From a virus: DNA of 37,388 nucleotides. Where the stretch lies: UHGV virus genome UHGV-0235795; one strand, written 5' to 3'. A program made the position numbers and the translations under genes. The notes under the pieces are model-generated. The model ran no database searches. It saw only the letters and a list, made by a program, of their open reading frames with translations, and was not told the DNA's origin. Shown here piece by piece: positions 8,443-18,724 of the stretch. Numbering within the stretch: position 1 is the first letter of the stretch; the number at the start of each line of letters is the position of its first letter.

Positions 8443-8500
8443 TTCTTTTCCTTCCTTTCCTATAATAAATGTAAGTATATTGGTTAATAGAGTTACCATT

Positions 8501-8872
8501 TTACTGATACACCTGTTCGGACATTTCCAAGATGCATCCTTTCAACATTTCCACCTGTTCTTTTAAATCTGCATTCTCCCGGATCAGTGCGTCCATCTTT
8601 TCTGCCACTGTCTCTCCCGGCTTTGACAGAATAATGCCTATAATACCGGCTGTGTACTTGGTGATTCCCTCAAGAGTGGTATACCCCTCATATTCTCCGA
8701 CCGTCTGACTACGCTCTGATATAACCATCTTCCGGGTCTTCAGCTCATCCCCAAACATTCCCCGGAGATCCTCTTCCGTGGCTGATACAGTCTTGATCAG
8801 CAGTGTCCCATCCCCCTGGATGGATGCTGACTGGATCTGCAGATCTGTGCCATCGTTGTATATAAGTTTCAT
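8501..8872 (-). CDS. Hypothetical tail-associated protein with C-terminal coiled coil
   Basis: ORF in tail module, no recognised motif. Confidence 0.4.
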   Translation of the reverse strand: MKLIYNDGTDLQIQSASIQGDGTLLIKTVSATEEDLRGMFGDELKTRKMVISERSQTVGEYEGYTTLEGITKYTAGIIGIILSKPGETVAEKMDALIRENADLKEQVEMLKGCILEMSEQVYQ

Positions 8873-8890
8873 GGTCTCACCTCCCCAATC

Positions 8891-9706
8891 TTAATCTACC
8901 AACCATGCAATCTGTGAGCAGATATAGCCGTTATACTGCATCTGCACGTTGGCTCCACGGAAAAGTCCTACCTTTCCTGTCCCCATGCTTGCCGGTGTTA
9001 CAGAGATGAAAAAGTCCGGATAGGTCTGCCCTCGTACTACCGCCGGTGCGAATACATAATTCGCCGGACGATCATTTGCCGCAAGATTAATAATCGTTCC
9101 GTCTGCTGCGGAACTGGTGTCCACAAGATTCAGGATCCTTAACTTTCCCATCCGCTGCAGCCGCACTCCTGATTTCAGCGTTTCCGTGGACGGAGTCATA
9201 TCTTCCTGCATCGTAGCCATTGACGGCAGGACTTCTAATAGCTTTTTCACTCCCGTCACATTGATTCCCTCCAACGTAATCTCAAATACCGGGCAATCAT
9301 CCACAAGATCACCCTCCTGCAGATTCCCTTTTGTATATGCAGGAACTGTAGGTGTCCCGCTCGTTGGCGTTCCCATAATATACAGCCATTCATTTGTCTC
9401 GATACCGGTCTCTTTGTTCCGGGTATACCGGTTTACGACCAGGTCTTTTCTCTTCATTCCCTGCGTTCCGTTCGTGATCGTGACCTCGTCATAAGTACCA
9501 ATCTTCACAGCTGATACATTCCCGTGATGTGCCATGATTCCACTTCGGATCTTAAGCAGATTATTCGATGTTAATTCCGGTTCAAGATTTTCCCCGGAAG
9601 TCAGAATGCAGCTCCCCTGCCCGATCGTTCCCTCAAGGATCTGACGGAACTGCTGGCTGGTAACGTGAGGACTGCCAGTCTTTCCTGATACTATCTCCAT
9701 GTTCAA
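8891..9706 (-). CDS. Hypothetical baseplate/tail protein
   Basis: 271-aa ORF co-oriented in the tail module, ATGA-type overlap with the upstream gene. Confidence 0.45.
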   Translation of the reverse strand: MNMEIVSGKTGSPHVTSQQFRQILEGTIGQGSCILTSGENLEPELTSNNLLKIRSGIMAHHGNVSAVKIGTYDEVTITNGTQGMKRKDLVVNRYTRNKETGIETNEWLYIMGTPTSGTPTVPAYTKGNLQEGDLVDDCPVFEITLEGINVTGVKKLLEVLPSMATMQEDMTPSTETLKSGVRLQRMGKLRILNLVDTSSAADGTIINLAANDRPANYVFAPAVVRGQTYPDFFISVTPASMGTGKVGLFRGANVQMQYNGYICSQIAWLVD

Positions 9707-10680
9707 TCTCCTTCCAATTTATATTCTTTTGATATAACTCCATTTGTGACACTGTAAACGATATTTCCGACAGATTTTTTCATCGTCATGCCGGTCAGAT
9801 AATCTCGTCCACCGATGACATCACCGATTGCCACATCAATTCCCAGTTTTTCGATATCCATATCGAATGTCTTTTTATTGCAGATCCCTTTCAACTTTTC
9901 CACTGCTTTTGATTTAAGCTCCGCTGTCTCCGTTGACGTATTTTCGTACACCTCTGCAATCTCATTCAATCCTGTATAGTAAGGCTCTTCCCGAAAAGAT
10001 CCGTCCGGCCAGACATACAGATGGTATACAGTACGATCAGCAAGCTCCCCTTTTCCAGCTACGATCAGATGATTGATTCCGTTCCGACTGTCTTTCATCG
10101 TATAGTTCAGGCTGCAGTCTTTTGATAATTCCACCTGATCCGAATGATCTACAACCGGCACGGCACTGATCAGAACGTATCCGGGAATCCCTTCCTCTCG
10201 TTTGTGCCGGATCTTTAATCTGTACCCCTTACTTGCGAGCATTTCTACAATTCCATCGAGCAAGGTACAATATCTGTCGAACTGGTAGTTGCTCACAGAC
10301 ACCCCGGTATTCTCCTGGCTTACTACAAAGAGTCCGTCAAATTCCGGCTCGATCAGCGTCTTCAACACTTCATTCAGTTCCCCGGATATTTTTTTATAAT
10401 CACTTCCGGCTGGCGGCTGGATAATTTTATGCTCCAGCATTCCACGCCATGTATAGCCTTTCAATTCCACGTAATCCAGAGTTGTATCGGTCAATACACT
10501 TCCTATGATTCCACCGTATTCCGTATCCGGGACGTACACCAACGCATCAAATGTCAGCGACTGTGTCCAGTAGCAGCGTGCAATCTGCACTGTAAACATC
10601 TTTTTGTCGTTGACATCAAATTCAACATTTGCGTCCTTCAGACTTCCGATTTCTCTTTGTGCATCTGCCAAAATCACCAT
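9703..10680 (-). CDS. Tail-associated (Tal/baseplate-hub-like) protein
   Basis: Position immediately after Dit; size and placement as in siphophage tail tip modules. Confidence 0.45.
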   Translation of the reverse strand: MVILADAQREIGSLKDANVEFDVNDKKMFTVQIARCYWTQSLTFDALVYVPDTEYGGIIGSVLTDTTLDYVELKGYTWRGMLEHKIIQPPAGSDYKKISGELNEVLKTLIEPEFDGLFVVSQENTGVSVSNYQFDRYCTLLDGIVEMLASKGYRLKIRHKREEGIPGYVLISAVPVVDHSDQVELSKDCSLNYTMKDSRNGINHLIVAGKGELADRTVYHLYVWPDGSFREEPYYTGLNEIAEVYENTSTETAELKSKAVEKLKGICNKKTFDMDIEKLGIDVAIGDVIGGRDYLTGMTMKKSVGNIVYSVTNGVISKEYKLEGD

Positions 10681-11462
10681 GCTGCTTCCCTCCGTTCCGG
10701 GAAGATATCCAAATCTATCCCATACGTTCCCGCCCAGTTCACCCGGATGAGACCGCTTGGGATCTTTTCAAAAATGGAATATTCATAACCTCGTTCATTA
10801 AACAGATTGGATACAGTTCCATTTGTCAGATATTTATATACTGTCTGCTCTGCGGAATCAATAATCATGTATTCATTGCGTTCCAGTGTGGTTCTGACTT
10901 CGTACGGGTATCCGTTGATTAATATCTTCGGATTTGTGCAAGGTCCGTATATCGTCATCTTAAAATCTGATGCAGAGGGATGGTCAATTTCAAATTCAGC
11001 CGTCCCCGCCCGAACATCTGCGAAATCAAAAGGAAAATCAAAGGGGAAGTCCAGTCCGCTTGCCGCTGTCATCTGACTTTGCGGAAAAAGCTGCTGACTT
11101 ACCACTGTCATCCATGACAAGGATGGGGCTGTAAAAGTAAGCTCCACCTCTGCCATATCGAACCCTTTCCAGTTCGACTTCTTTGACTTCTCCACACGGC
11201 AGGAGAGAAATGTATCATTGACGTACAATTTTCCATGTACTCCGAGATCTGCATCTACAGCAAGCACGCTGTACAGTTTTTCCATATTTTTCGCAAGACC
11301 TTCCCCGCTGCCATATACATCCACCTGTACCGTCTTCTGATATCCGCTTGCAGTCTCATCCCATTCGGAATCATACCAGTCTGCTTCTGCCGTATAATAC
11401 GGATCAACAAGAAAATTCAGGATCACTCCTTTTGAATTTATGTAATACGCTTCTCTTATCAT
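10674..11462 (-). CDS. Distal tail protein (Dit-like)
   Basis: 262 aa directly after tape measure, canonical Dit position. Confidence 0.55.
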   Translation of the reverse strand: MIREAYYINSKGVILNFLVDPYYTAEADWYDSEWDETASGYQKTVQVDVYGSGEGLAKNMEKLYSVLAVDADLGVHGKLYVNDTFLSCRVEKSKKSNWKGFDMAEVELTFTAPSLSWMTVVSQQLFPQSQMTAASGLDFPFDFPFDFADVRAGTAEFEIDHPSASDFKMTIYGPCTNPKILINGYPYEVRTTLERNEYMIIDSAEQTVYKYLTNGTVSNLFNERGYEYSIFEKIPSGLIRVNWAGTYGIDLDIFPERREAAW

Positions 11463-14400
11463 ATTTTCGGCACCGCTCCTTTCGGCAGTTCCCGGTCTAA
11501 CCGGGTCGTACCCAGGTATACCGGTCTGCTCTGCATCTTCTTAACACCGGCAGCCGTTGCATTCCCTACTTTCGTTGCCAGTTGCGTCAGATCCTCGTCT
11601 GAAATCCTCATAGTACTCTGTACGCTCTGCTGATTTATGATCTTTTCTGTACTCTGCAAGGCAAATGAGCTGGTGATCCTATTTGTATTCACCGCCATCG
11701 CCTCCCGCACCCGATTGGACAGATCTGCCATGTCCAGCGAATTCAGTGCCGAACGTGCCATTCGTTCTGAAGCCTTTTTTACAGCCGGAATCTGATCGTC
11801 AATTCCAAGTGCGAATCCCTTGCCAGAAAAACGCCCCGCTCCTCGCATTACTTTTGATGGTGAATGAATCCCCAGTACGCTCTTGACTTTTTCATAAGCC
11901 GTACTTGCCATCTCTGCCGCTTTTGATGCAGCTTTTCCAACCCAGTCACCAATTCCACGAACAAATCCTGATCCGAAATTAGACCCGGTATCGTATGAAT
12001 TAATACTTCCTGCTCCGCTTTTTGCACTGGTAGCAAGGGATGTTCCTTTTGCCCTTGCATCCCCTGCCTTACTTCCGACAGCAGAAGAATATGCTGTTCC
12101 GAACGATTTTCCAGTACTTCCCGGATTCACCGATCCAGCTCCACGCTTCGCACTGTCTGCCAGTCCTTTTCCTCTTGTCAACAGCTTCCCGACAAAACTG
12201 CCGATCGCTGTATCGAAAAATCTTCCAAATGCACTACCGGTCGAGGTCGGGTCAACAGCCCCTGCTCCTCTTTTTGCAGCTTCTGCATTCGCTTTTCCCT
12301 GTTGTTCCGAAACTGACAGCTGTGATCCGATTCCTTCATTAAAAGAAGTCATCAACCCTGATCCGATTTCTTTCGTATCTCCTACTGATCCCCGCATAGC
12401 ATCAAGCAGCCGGGAGATCACGCCAGTACCGGAAGAAGTAAGTTCCTCCTGACCTTCGTTCAATCCTTCAACCGCTCCTGGCCAGACATACGAAAAGATT
12501 TCTTTCACCGCACGGGACGGACTGTGGACATCAAGAGTCGTGATCAGGCTTTGCAGGAATGCATCCGCACCTTGCTCTGCCGGATCAACCAGCGTTTCAA
12601 ACCCTTCCAGTCCTTCCAAAGCTCCATACCACGCCTGTGACCACGTCTCTTTAGTTTTTTCGTCCAGTCCTGAAAATCCTTTCAGAAAGCTTTCCATTCC
12701 TGCCTGTGCCTCAGTGCTCAGCGTACCGGATATCTTTGCCTGTGCCATAGCCGCTACAAGTTTTGCAGAGCCATCCTTACCGGCATTTTTTAATATTTCC
12801 TTGATCTGATCCGCACCAGTTCCTACCTGATTCAGGGCAATCCCCATAGCCTCCGTCAAGCCATCTTTGGTCTGCTGGGTTAATTGCATTGTTCCATCTT
12901 TTTCAGCGAAAAAAATACTGGTAAGCTTATCTGTCATTGCACTGGCCTGCTCAATGGCTGCTTCTGATCCAATCTCCAAGGTTGTGTCAATTCCGCTCTG
13001 AATCTCTGCCAGTGCAGAGTTGATCGTATCAGTATTTCCACTCATTGCTGCCTCTGTCAGGCTACTGTAATCGGAGATGACTTTCTGATTATCCTGCATC
13101 GCCGCATTGGCAGCGTCAAAGTTTGCCTGCAATTCTTCCAGTCCACTACCTGCTTTTTCAAGCTTTTCCTTCAGTTCTCCGTACTTTTCAGTATTCCGCA
13201 CAATAGCTTCGCCCTGGGCATCATACCCCATTACTACAGCATTTGCCGATTCTGCTTCAAGTTCCTTCTCAAGTTCTGCGATCTTGCTTTTTTTGCTACT
13301 AAGCTTTTCGTAAGCGTCTGCCAGTTCAGCTGCCTTGTCTGCCTGCTCTTTCATTGCATCCGCATAGTCTGACTTCATGGAGTCAAGAACGGCTTCTGCT
13401 TTCTTTGCTGCGATCAGATCGTAGACAGATTTCTTCAAGTCGCTGTAGTTCTGAATCAGTCCATCGTTCAGGCTGATTTCTACACCTAACGCACTGGACA
13501 GCTCACCTGTGATATACGCTGCCCTTGCCTCCTGTCCTGCCTGCACCTTTCCATTCGCATCAACAATCTTTTGCAGTTCTCCCCACAATGCTTCTGCATT
13601 GTCGATCTCAGATGTGGCTGCCTGAATATTTTTCTGCCTTGCCGCTGCCTTTTCGTTAATACTGTCAATTTCATCCTGTGCCGCCTGGATATTTTCCTTT
13701 TGTGCCTCCGTCAGCCGATCTGTTGATGCCGCTTCATCATCCGTCAGCAGGATTGCTGTTCCGATACAGGCTGCCAGTGCCGCCCCTGCGGTAACAAGCA
13801 GACCGATTGGATTTGATGCCATAGCAGCGTTCAGGGCTGTCTGTGCTTTCGTCCACAGTCCGGTCAGGGCAGTCGTGACTCCGATCTGACCGCTATAGAC
13901 TCCCATCAGCGTTTCCCGGAGTGTCAGACCGCCGTTAGATGCTACAAGCTGTAAAGCATTGGCTTTTTCCATCGCAGTCAGCCTTGCCAGGGCTGCCGCA
14001 TTCAGGTTCGTCTGATTCTTGCTGACCTTTGTGGCTGTGCTATACAACTTCAATGCTGTTGTAGCTCCAGCCACCAATGGAGCTACGACACCCAGATTCC
14101 CACTCAACAGGTCGATGGCTTTTGTGACCGGTGGGAGTGCCACTTTCGCAAGCGTTCCTGCCGCTTTGGTCAGATTCTTGAATACAGATACTGCTTTTTT
14201 CCCGGCTGATTTCAACCCACCTGAATTGAGCGACTCTGACAAGGCTTCTACTGCATCCTGTGCCGGTTTCTTTAATTCTGCCGGCAGAAGGCTTGCAAGT
14301 CCTCCCGCTATTGATTCTGCCACTTCTGCTGCGGCTGTCAGAAGTCTTCCTTTATTTCCTGACACGCCGGAAATGAAAGATTCGATGAAATCAACCGCTG

Positions 14401-15601
14401 TATCCACCATTTCCGGTGCGTGGGATGCTGCATCCACGGCAAAATCTGCAAAGATGTTCCCGGCTTCTTTTACAGCCGATTTCAGACCGCCATTTTTAAA
14501 AGCGTTCGTCATATCACCTACAGCCTGAGTGGCTTGCACCGCCGTATCTTTCAGTGGCGTATCAAGAGATTCATAAATTTCAATGCCTAAACCCTCAAGG
14601 CTGGATTTCAAAATTGTAACCGCACCCTCGAGGTTGTCCTGCATCGTCTCCGACATATTCGCTGCTGTTCCATCAGCATTCTTTATAGCAGATGCGAGCT
14701 TGTCAAAATCGCTTTCTGACGCATTGACTATAGCCAGCAATCCTGACATAGCCTCCTGCCCTCCAATTGCCGCTGCCGCCGCTGCCTGCTCATCCGCGGG
14801 CAACCCCTGAAGGGAATCCCGCATATTCTCCATGACTTGCATCAGGGTTTTCATGCTGCCATCTGCGTTTTTCATGGATATATCATATTTGTCCAATGCC
14901 GCTGATGCTTCTTTTGGCGGCTTGGCCAGTCTGGTCAGCACACTCCTGAGGGCAGTACCTGCCTGGGTTCCCTTGATTCCCGAGTTTGCCATCAGTCCGA
15001 TAGCTTGGGACAGGTCTTCAATGTTATACCCCAACGCTCCTGCTACTGGTGCAGCATATTTAAATGTCTCACCCATCATAGAGACATTGGTGTTCGCATT
15101 ACTGGATGCTGCCGCAAGGACATTTGCGAAATGGGTGGAGTCCGATGCAGCCAGTCCCATCGCTGTCAGTGCATCTGTAACGATGTCAGAAGTCGTTGCA
15201 AGATCTTCACCGGATGCCGCTGCAAGATCCATGATCCCCTCAATACCGGACAGCATATCCTGTGTCTTCCATCCTGCCATAGCCATGTATTCCATAGCCT
15301 GAGCAGATTCAGAGGCACTGAACTTCGTCTTTGCCCCCATCTCCTTTGCCTTGTCAGTCAGCTTCTGCAGATCATCTCCTGTAGCTCCTGAAATGGCTGA
15401 TACTTTCGACATCTCGGACTCGAAACTGACACCAACCTTTACAGCTGCCGCTGCTGCACCTCCGAGAGCTGTGGACACTGCACTCACTGCTGTTGCTACG
15501 GTTTTCAGTCCGGTTTTCGCAAGTTTTCCCATTTTGCTTAAATCTTTTTCAATACCGGATGTGTCCAGTCCAGTATCGATAATCACTTTTCCGTCTGCCA
15601 A
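11459..15601 (-). CDS. Tail tape measure protein
   Basis: 1380 aa, Ala/Gly-rich with long coiled coils, C-terminal triplicated KRGAG(A/S)V(D/N)P.STG.(S/N)FG modules; TTG start right after the chaperone gene. Confidence 0.9.
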   Translation of the reverse strand: MADGKVIIDTGLDTSGIEKDLSKMGKLAKTGLKTVATAVSAVSTALGGAAAAAVKVGVSFESEMSKVSAISGATGDDLQKLTDKAKEMGAKTKFSASESAQAMEYMAMAGWKTQDMLSGIEGIMDLAAASGEDLATTSDIVTDALTAMGLAASDSTHFANVLAAASSNANTNVSMMGETFKYAAPVAGALGYNIEDLSQAIGLMANSGIKGTQAGTALRSVLTRLAKPPKEASAALDKYDISMKNADGSMKTLMQVMENMRDSLQGLPADEQAAAAAAIGGQEAMSGLLAIVNASESDFDKLASAIKNADGTAANMSETMQDNLEGAVTILKSSLEGLGIEIYESLDTPLKDTAVQATQAVGDMTNAFKNGGLKSAVKEAGNIFADFAVDAASHAPEMVDTAVDFIESFISGVSGNKGRLLTAAAEVAESIAGGLASLLPAELKKPAQDAVEALSESLNSGGLKSAGKKAVSVFKNLTKAAGTLAKVALPPVTKAIDLLSGNLGVVAPLVAGATTALKLYSTATKVSKNQTNLNAAALARLTAMEKANALQLVASNGGLTLRETLMGVYSGQIGVTTALTGLWTKAQTALNAAMASNPIGLLVTAGAALAACIGTAILLTDDEAASTDRLTEAQKENIQAAQDEIDSINEKAAARQKNIQAATSEIDNAEALWGELQKIVDANGKVQAGQEARAAYITGELSSALGVEISLNDGLIQNYSDLKKSVYDLIAAKKAEAVLDSMKSDYADAMKEQADKAAELADAYEKLSSKKSKIAELEKELEAESANAVVMGYDAQGEAIVRNTEKYGELKEKLEKAGSGLEELQANFDAANAAMQDNQKVISDYSSLTEAAMSGNTDTINSALAEIQSGIDTTLEIGSEAAIEQASAMTDKLTSIFFAEKDGTMQLTQQTKDGLTEAMGIALNQVGTGADQIKEILKNAGKDGSAKLVAAMAQAKISGTLSTEAQAGMESFLKGFSGLDEKTKETWSQAWYGALEGLEGFETLVDPAEQGADAFLQSLITTLDVHSPSRAVKEIFSYVWPGAVEGLNEGQEELTSSGTGVISRLLDAMRGSVGDTKEIGSGLMTSFNEGIGSQLSVSEQQGKANAEAAKRGAGAVDPTSTGSAFGRFFDTAIGSFVGKLLTRGKGLADSAKRGAGSVNPGSTGKSFGTAYSSAVGSKAGDARAKGTSLATSAKSGAGSINSYDTGSNFGSGFVRGIGDWVGKAASKAAEMASTAYEKVKSVLGIHSPSKVMRGAGRFSGKGFALGIDDQIPAVKKASERMARSALNSLDMADLSNRVREAMAVNTNRITSSFALQSTEKIINQQSVQSTMRISDEDLTQLATKVGNATAAGVKKMQSRPVYLGTTRLDRELPKGAVPKI

Positions 15602-15606
15602 TCATC

Positions 15607-16224
15607 TCACCATCCTTTTAGCAGCTCGCTTACATCTTCGCCCCGTTCCAGTGCCTCCTCCAAAGCTTTCAATTTCGCCTTATCCGGTGCTTTCTCTGTA
15701 TCCAGTCCGTAATATTCCTGCATCGCCTGGTAGAATTTCTTTTGATCCTTCGATAAACCTTTTGCCGACAGATCCAGCGTCCGGTACTCCATGATCTTCT
15801 GAAATCTTGTATCTCCTCCGAGATTTTCAAGTAAGATCATAAATTTCCACCAGTGCATCTCCTCTGTCTGCAGGTCGATTCCGTACTGCTGGATAAATCC
15901 CGCATAGATCAGATCGGCATCTGCCTCAAAATCAAATGCCTGCTTGCTGTTGATCCCGGCGATCTTCCGTGGAAAATGTTTCCGTTCCGGCTCTCTCCCA
16001 CAAGAGAAAAACCACAGCATCTTGTCAAAATGTTCTTCCGTATACCAGGTGTACTGACCGTAAAAAAGCCTGAGCATTCTCGCCATCTCGTCCTCAGTCA
16101 GCTCTCTGCCTGCATCCTGGAGGATTTTCTGACAACACAAAACGGTGCGAAAATCCCAATGGATCGGACATTTCACACCGCTAATGGTCAGACTTACCGG
16201 AAAAGGCTCTGTCAGGGAACTCAT
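15607..16224 (-). CDS. Tail assembly chaperone (Gp15-like)
   Basis: Position between major tail protein and TMP; ATGA overlap with the preceding chaperone ORF. Confidence 0.5.
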   Translation of the reverse strand: MSSLTEPFPVSLTISGVKCPIHWDFRTVLCCQKILQDAGRELTEDEMARMLRLFYGQYTWYTEEHFDKMLWFFSCGREPERKHFPRKIAGINSKQAFDFEADADLIYAGFIQQYGIDLQTEEMHWWKFMILLENLGGDTRFQKIMEYRTLDLSAKGLSKDQKKFYQAMQEYYGLDTEKAPDKAKLKALEEALERGEDVSELLKGW

Positions 16225-16547
16225 TCAGCCCCTTTCATTCCCAGTCGCTCTTTTACTGCTCTATACCTCTCGCACTGTCGGATCTGTTCGTTAAGCAGTG
16301 CTTCATAAGCTTCCAGACATAAGAGGTGATCGTGACCCGTTCCGCATACTTTTTCCCCTGTGCCTTCCCCAAAAGTCACATCGAAAAGGTGCTTAACTGT
16401 ATCACACTGCTGTCTGATCGCATCTGGTTCCGTTCCTGTATCTCCAATCTTTGAGATTTCTTCCAGTTCTTTCAGATATGCCTTTTTACCCTCCTCAAAA
16501 TCCGGGTCAAAAAATGAAAAATTTAATGTAACTCCGTTAATCTGCAT
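16221..16547 (-). CDS. Tail assembly chaperone (gpG-like)
   Basis: ATG 16547 with GGAGGAG RBS 7 nt upstream; MQINGVTLNFSFFDPDFEEGKKAY...; canonical position after major tail protein. Confidence 0.5.
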   Translation of the reverse strand: MQINGVTLNFSFFDPDFEEGKKAYLKELEEISKIGDTGTEPDAIRQQCDTVKHLFDVTFGEGTGEKVCGTGHDHLLCLEAYEALLNEQIRQCERYRAVKERLGMKGAE

Positions 16548-16634
16548 TGTCTTTCTCCTCCATCTGTTCAAATAAATCTTTTTCTGCTTCGTCCGCTACA
16601 GCCTCACCAACTGAAGCATTATCAGTGAGGGAGA

Positions 16635-17165
16635 TTATTTCCCCTCTGTAAATGCCTTGGTTGCTGTGTTGAACGTACCCTTTACCCAGTCAGTCTTGCC
16701 AAGCAGGTTGCCGGATCCCTGAATTTCACCATCGTTATCCTTAAATTCAGAAATCTCAACCGCAACTTTTCTGCGTTTTGCTTCATAAGTTCCGGCTGAG
16801 CCGCTCACCGGTTTGTCCAGGTATACCTTCACGTAAAATGTATCTGCCTCCACTCCGGTCTTTTCGTTCTCGCCGATCTCCGAAATGTAAGCGATTGCCG
16901 GTTCACTCTGGATCAGATCGAACTCAAGCGGTGCTGTCCATTCATAACCGCCAATGCTCTGTGTTGCACTTTTCTGATTGACGTATCTCTTTGACGTAGT
17001 CTGTGCGGACGGTGAATCATCCAACTGGGTCACACCAATTCCGAGAAGCTCATATTTCGGGGAATCAGATCCTCCTGTAACATCAATGTAATCTGCACGC
17101 TGGTAACGCTGCGTTACACCAGTGTCTTTTGCTGCTTCAAAAATCTGTAAATTCATTCTTTTCAT
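16635..17165 (-). CDS. Major tail protein with L27-like N-terminal leader
   Basis: ATG 17165 with GGAGGT RBS; begins MKRMNLQIFEAAK; Ser/Thr/Gly-rich 176-aa protein in the tail tube position. Confidence 0.6.
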   Translation of the reverse strand: MKRMNLQIFEAAKDTGVTQRYQRADYIDVTGGSDSPKYELLGIGVTQLDDSPSAQTTSKRYVNQKSATQSIGGYEWTAPLEFDLIQSEPAIAYISEIGENEKTGVEADTFYVKVYLDKPVSGSAGTYEAKRRKVAVEISEFKDNDGEIQGSGNLLGKTDWVKGTFNTATKAFTEGK

Positions 17166-17169
17166 TGCC

Positions 17170-17598
17170 TTACCTCCGTTTGTAATATAAAAAGCGGCAC
17201 TGAATGCGGTACTGACATTTCGTGCCTTCGTTATCGTATAAATAACCGCCTGTCGTAGCCTGAATAGACTTACTCGTGAGATTTCCCGACAGTGCCGGAA
17301 GTCTTCCCTGCTCCGTACATTCATCCAGCCAGTCAGAGAATTTTTCGTAAAATTCCGCTGTGTCCTTGTTGCTCTCTTCTCCGTACCATTCCCGGGAACA
17401 AAGAGAAAATACCATCTGTCGGATCGCATCTCCGTTCGTATACCGTTTGACGATCGGGTCTGCCGGAGTAAGCTCCAGACTATACGCTGTTGCATCCTCT
17501 CCCAGCAGATCCACGTTCACGATCGGGAACATCTGTTCAAACTCTTCCAGGAACGGACAGCCTGCTATAAATTCAGCGACTTTGGTTGCTACACTCAT
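17170..17598 (-). CDS. Tail component protein (tail terminator/completion-like)
   Basis: ATG 17598 in ATGA overlap with the upstream gene; position between gp10-like protein and major tail protein. Confidence 0.45.
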   Translation of the reverse strand: MSVATKVAEFIAGCPFLEEFEQMFPIVNVDLLGEDATAYSLELTPADPIVKRYTNGDAIRQMVFSLCSREWYGEESNKDTAEFYEKFSDWLDECTEQGRLPALSGNLTSKSIQATTGGYLYDNEGTKCQYRIQCRFLYYKRR

Positions 17599-17924
17599 CC
17601 TGCTTTTCCTCCGCAAAAACTGGCTACTGCCTTTACAATCTCCGGCCCTCTGTCTGCCCACATCCGCTCTGCCCAGTGTGAACCCCGAAGACCATCTCCT
17701 TTGTGTTCATAATACTGCCGCCTTGCATAAGGTGCATTGTACGTGATCGTAGAGATTGCTTCTGTGGCATCCGTCTTCAATCGTCCAGTCAGCCGTGGGA
17801 CATAGGGGTCAGACAGTCTTCTGACTTCGCTTGTAAAAAACCTCTGCCCTTTTCCGTTCTTGTTCAGGCTTCTCCTGAGCAGGATCTGATCTTTCGGGTC
17901 TAACTGCATTCTGATTACCATCAC
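17595..17924 (-). CDS. HK97 gp10-like head-tail joining protein
   Basis: 109 aa, position and size; C-terminal GLRGSHWAERMWADRGPEIVKA. Confidence 0.45.
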   Translation of the reverse strand: MMVIRMQLDPKDQILLRRSLNKNGKGQRFFTSEVRRLSDPYVPRLTGRLKTDATEAISTITYNAPYARRQYYEHKGDGLRGSHWAERMWADRGPEIVKAVASFCGGKAG

Positions 17925-18325
17925 GCACCTCCACTGATTCTGATATGCGGGGATGATCCGACGAAGTTCTCGGAATGGCTCTTCACCACCCCGACTACTC
18001 CGCTATACTGCTTTTTCAGGTCATCAATCCCTGTGACTTCTCCACCGCACCATTCTCCCTGGATAAAGAGATCCCCATTCTGAACAGTCCAGCAAGATCC
18101 TTTCTGCCCTGTCGCAAATTGATCCACAGTTTTCCAGTCTGCACACTGATCAAATGGGATGCGGATCATATGCTCGTCCGAGCTGATCAGGCCACCCTGT
18201 GATGGCGTAGTCTTCCTGCTGACGTGATACCATGCCCAGTCAATCCGGTGCGGCAGATACACTATCTTTTTCTGCTCCTTATCCGGGTAACGGTTAAAGA
18301 GCGTGATCACTGCATTTGTAAGCAT
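17921..18325 (-). CDS. Head closure / head-tail adaptor protein
   Basis: ATG 18325 with GGAAGGTGG RBS; position after connector protein. Confidence 0.45.
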   Translation of the reverse strand: MLTNAVITLFNRYPDKEQKKIVYLPHRIDWAWYHVSRKTTPSQGGLISSDEHMIRIPFDQCADWKTVDQFATGQKGSCWTVQNGDLFIQGEWCGGEVTGIDDLKKQYSGVVGVVKSHSENFVGSSPHIRISGGA

Positions 18326-18707
18326 CACAATATCCCACCTTCCTGGACAGCCATCCCAGCGGAAGCAGATAGGTCCGTGCAACTTCGTAAGCTTTGCGGG
18401 ATGCGACCGCTTCTGCCGTCTCTCCGTCCACCTGCTCGTTTACATAAGTCACACTGTATCCGTCCGTATTTTCCGACTTTACAGATCCATTTCCCTGCTG
18501 ATTTTTCAGGTCGCAAGAATAATAAATCTCTGCAACTGCACATACAGCATCTTTTACGGTATCGTTTTCACAAGCAAAAATATCTCCGTGCATATAAGTC
18601 AGATGCCTTATATAGGCTTCTGCTTTTTTTTCTGCTTTTGCAAATTTTTCAAGTGGAATCAGCTCACCACCGTATTCAGACAAATAATAGAAATGATCCG
18701 CATACAT
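18294..18707 (-). CDS. Head-tail connector (gp6-like) protein
   Basis: ATG 18707 with AGGAAGGAG RBS; directly downstream of the major capsid gene. Confidence 0.45.
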   Translation of the reverse strand: MYADHFYYLSEYGGELIPLEKFAKAEKKAEAYIRHLTYMHGDIFACENDTVKDAVCAVAEIYYSCDLKNQQGNGSVKSENTDGYSVTYVNEQVDGETAEAVASRKAYEVARTYLLPLGWLSRKVGYCDAYKCSDHAL

Positions 18708-18724
18708 ATTGTCTTGCTCCTTCC

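Noticed and set aside
14019-15794. Several plus-strand ORFs (14019-14528, 14832-15302, 15005-15391, 15351-15794) inside the tape-measure region
   Set aside because: They are antisense shadows of the GC- and Ala-rich TMP gene, in low-complexity Ala/Ser/Pro frames.
15607-16571. Programmed -1 frameshift joining the two tail-chaperone ORFs (gpG/gpGT)
   Set aside because: No X-XXY-YYZ slippery heptamer is visible near the overlap. The second ORF has its own ATG in an ATGA junction, so they are called as separate genes. A shift cannot be excluded.
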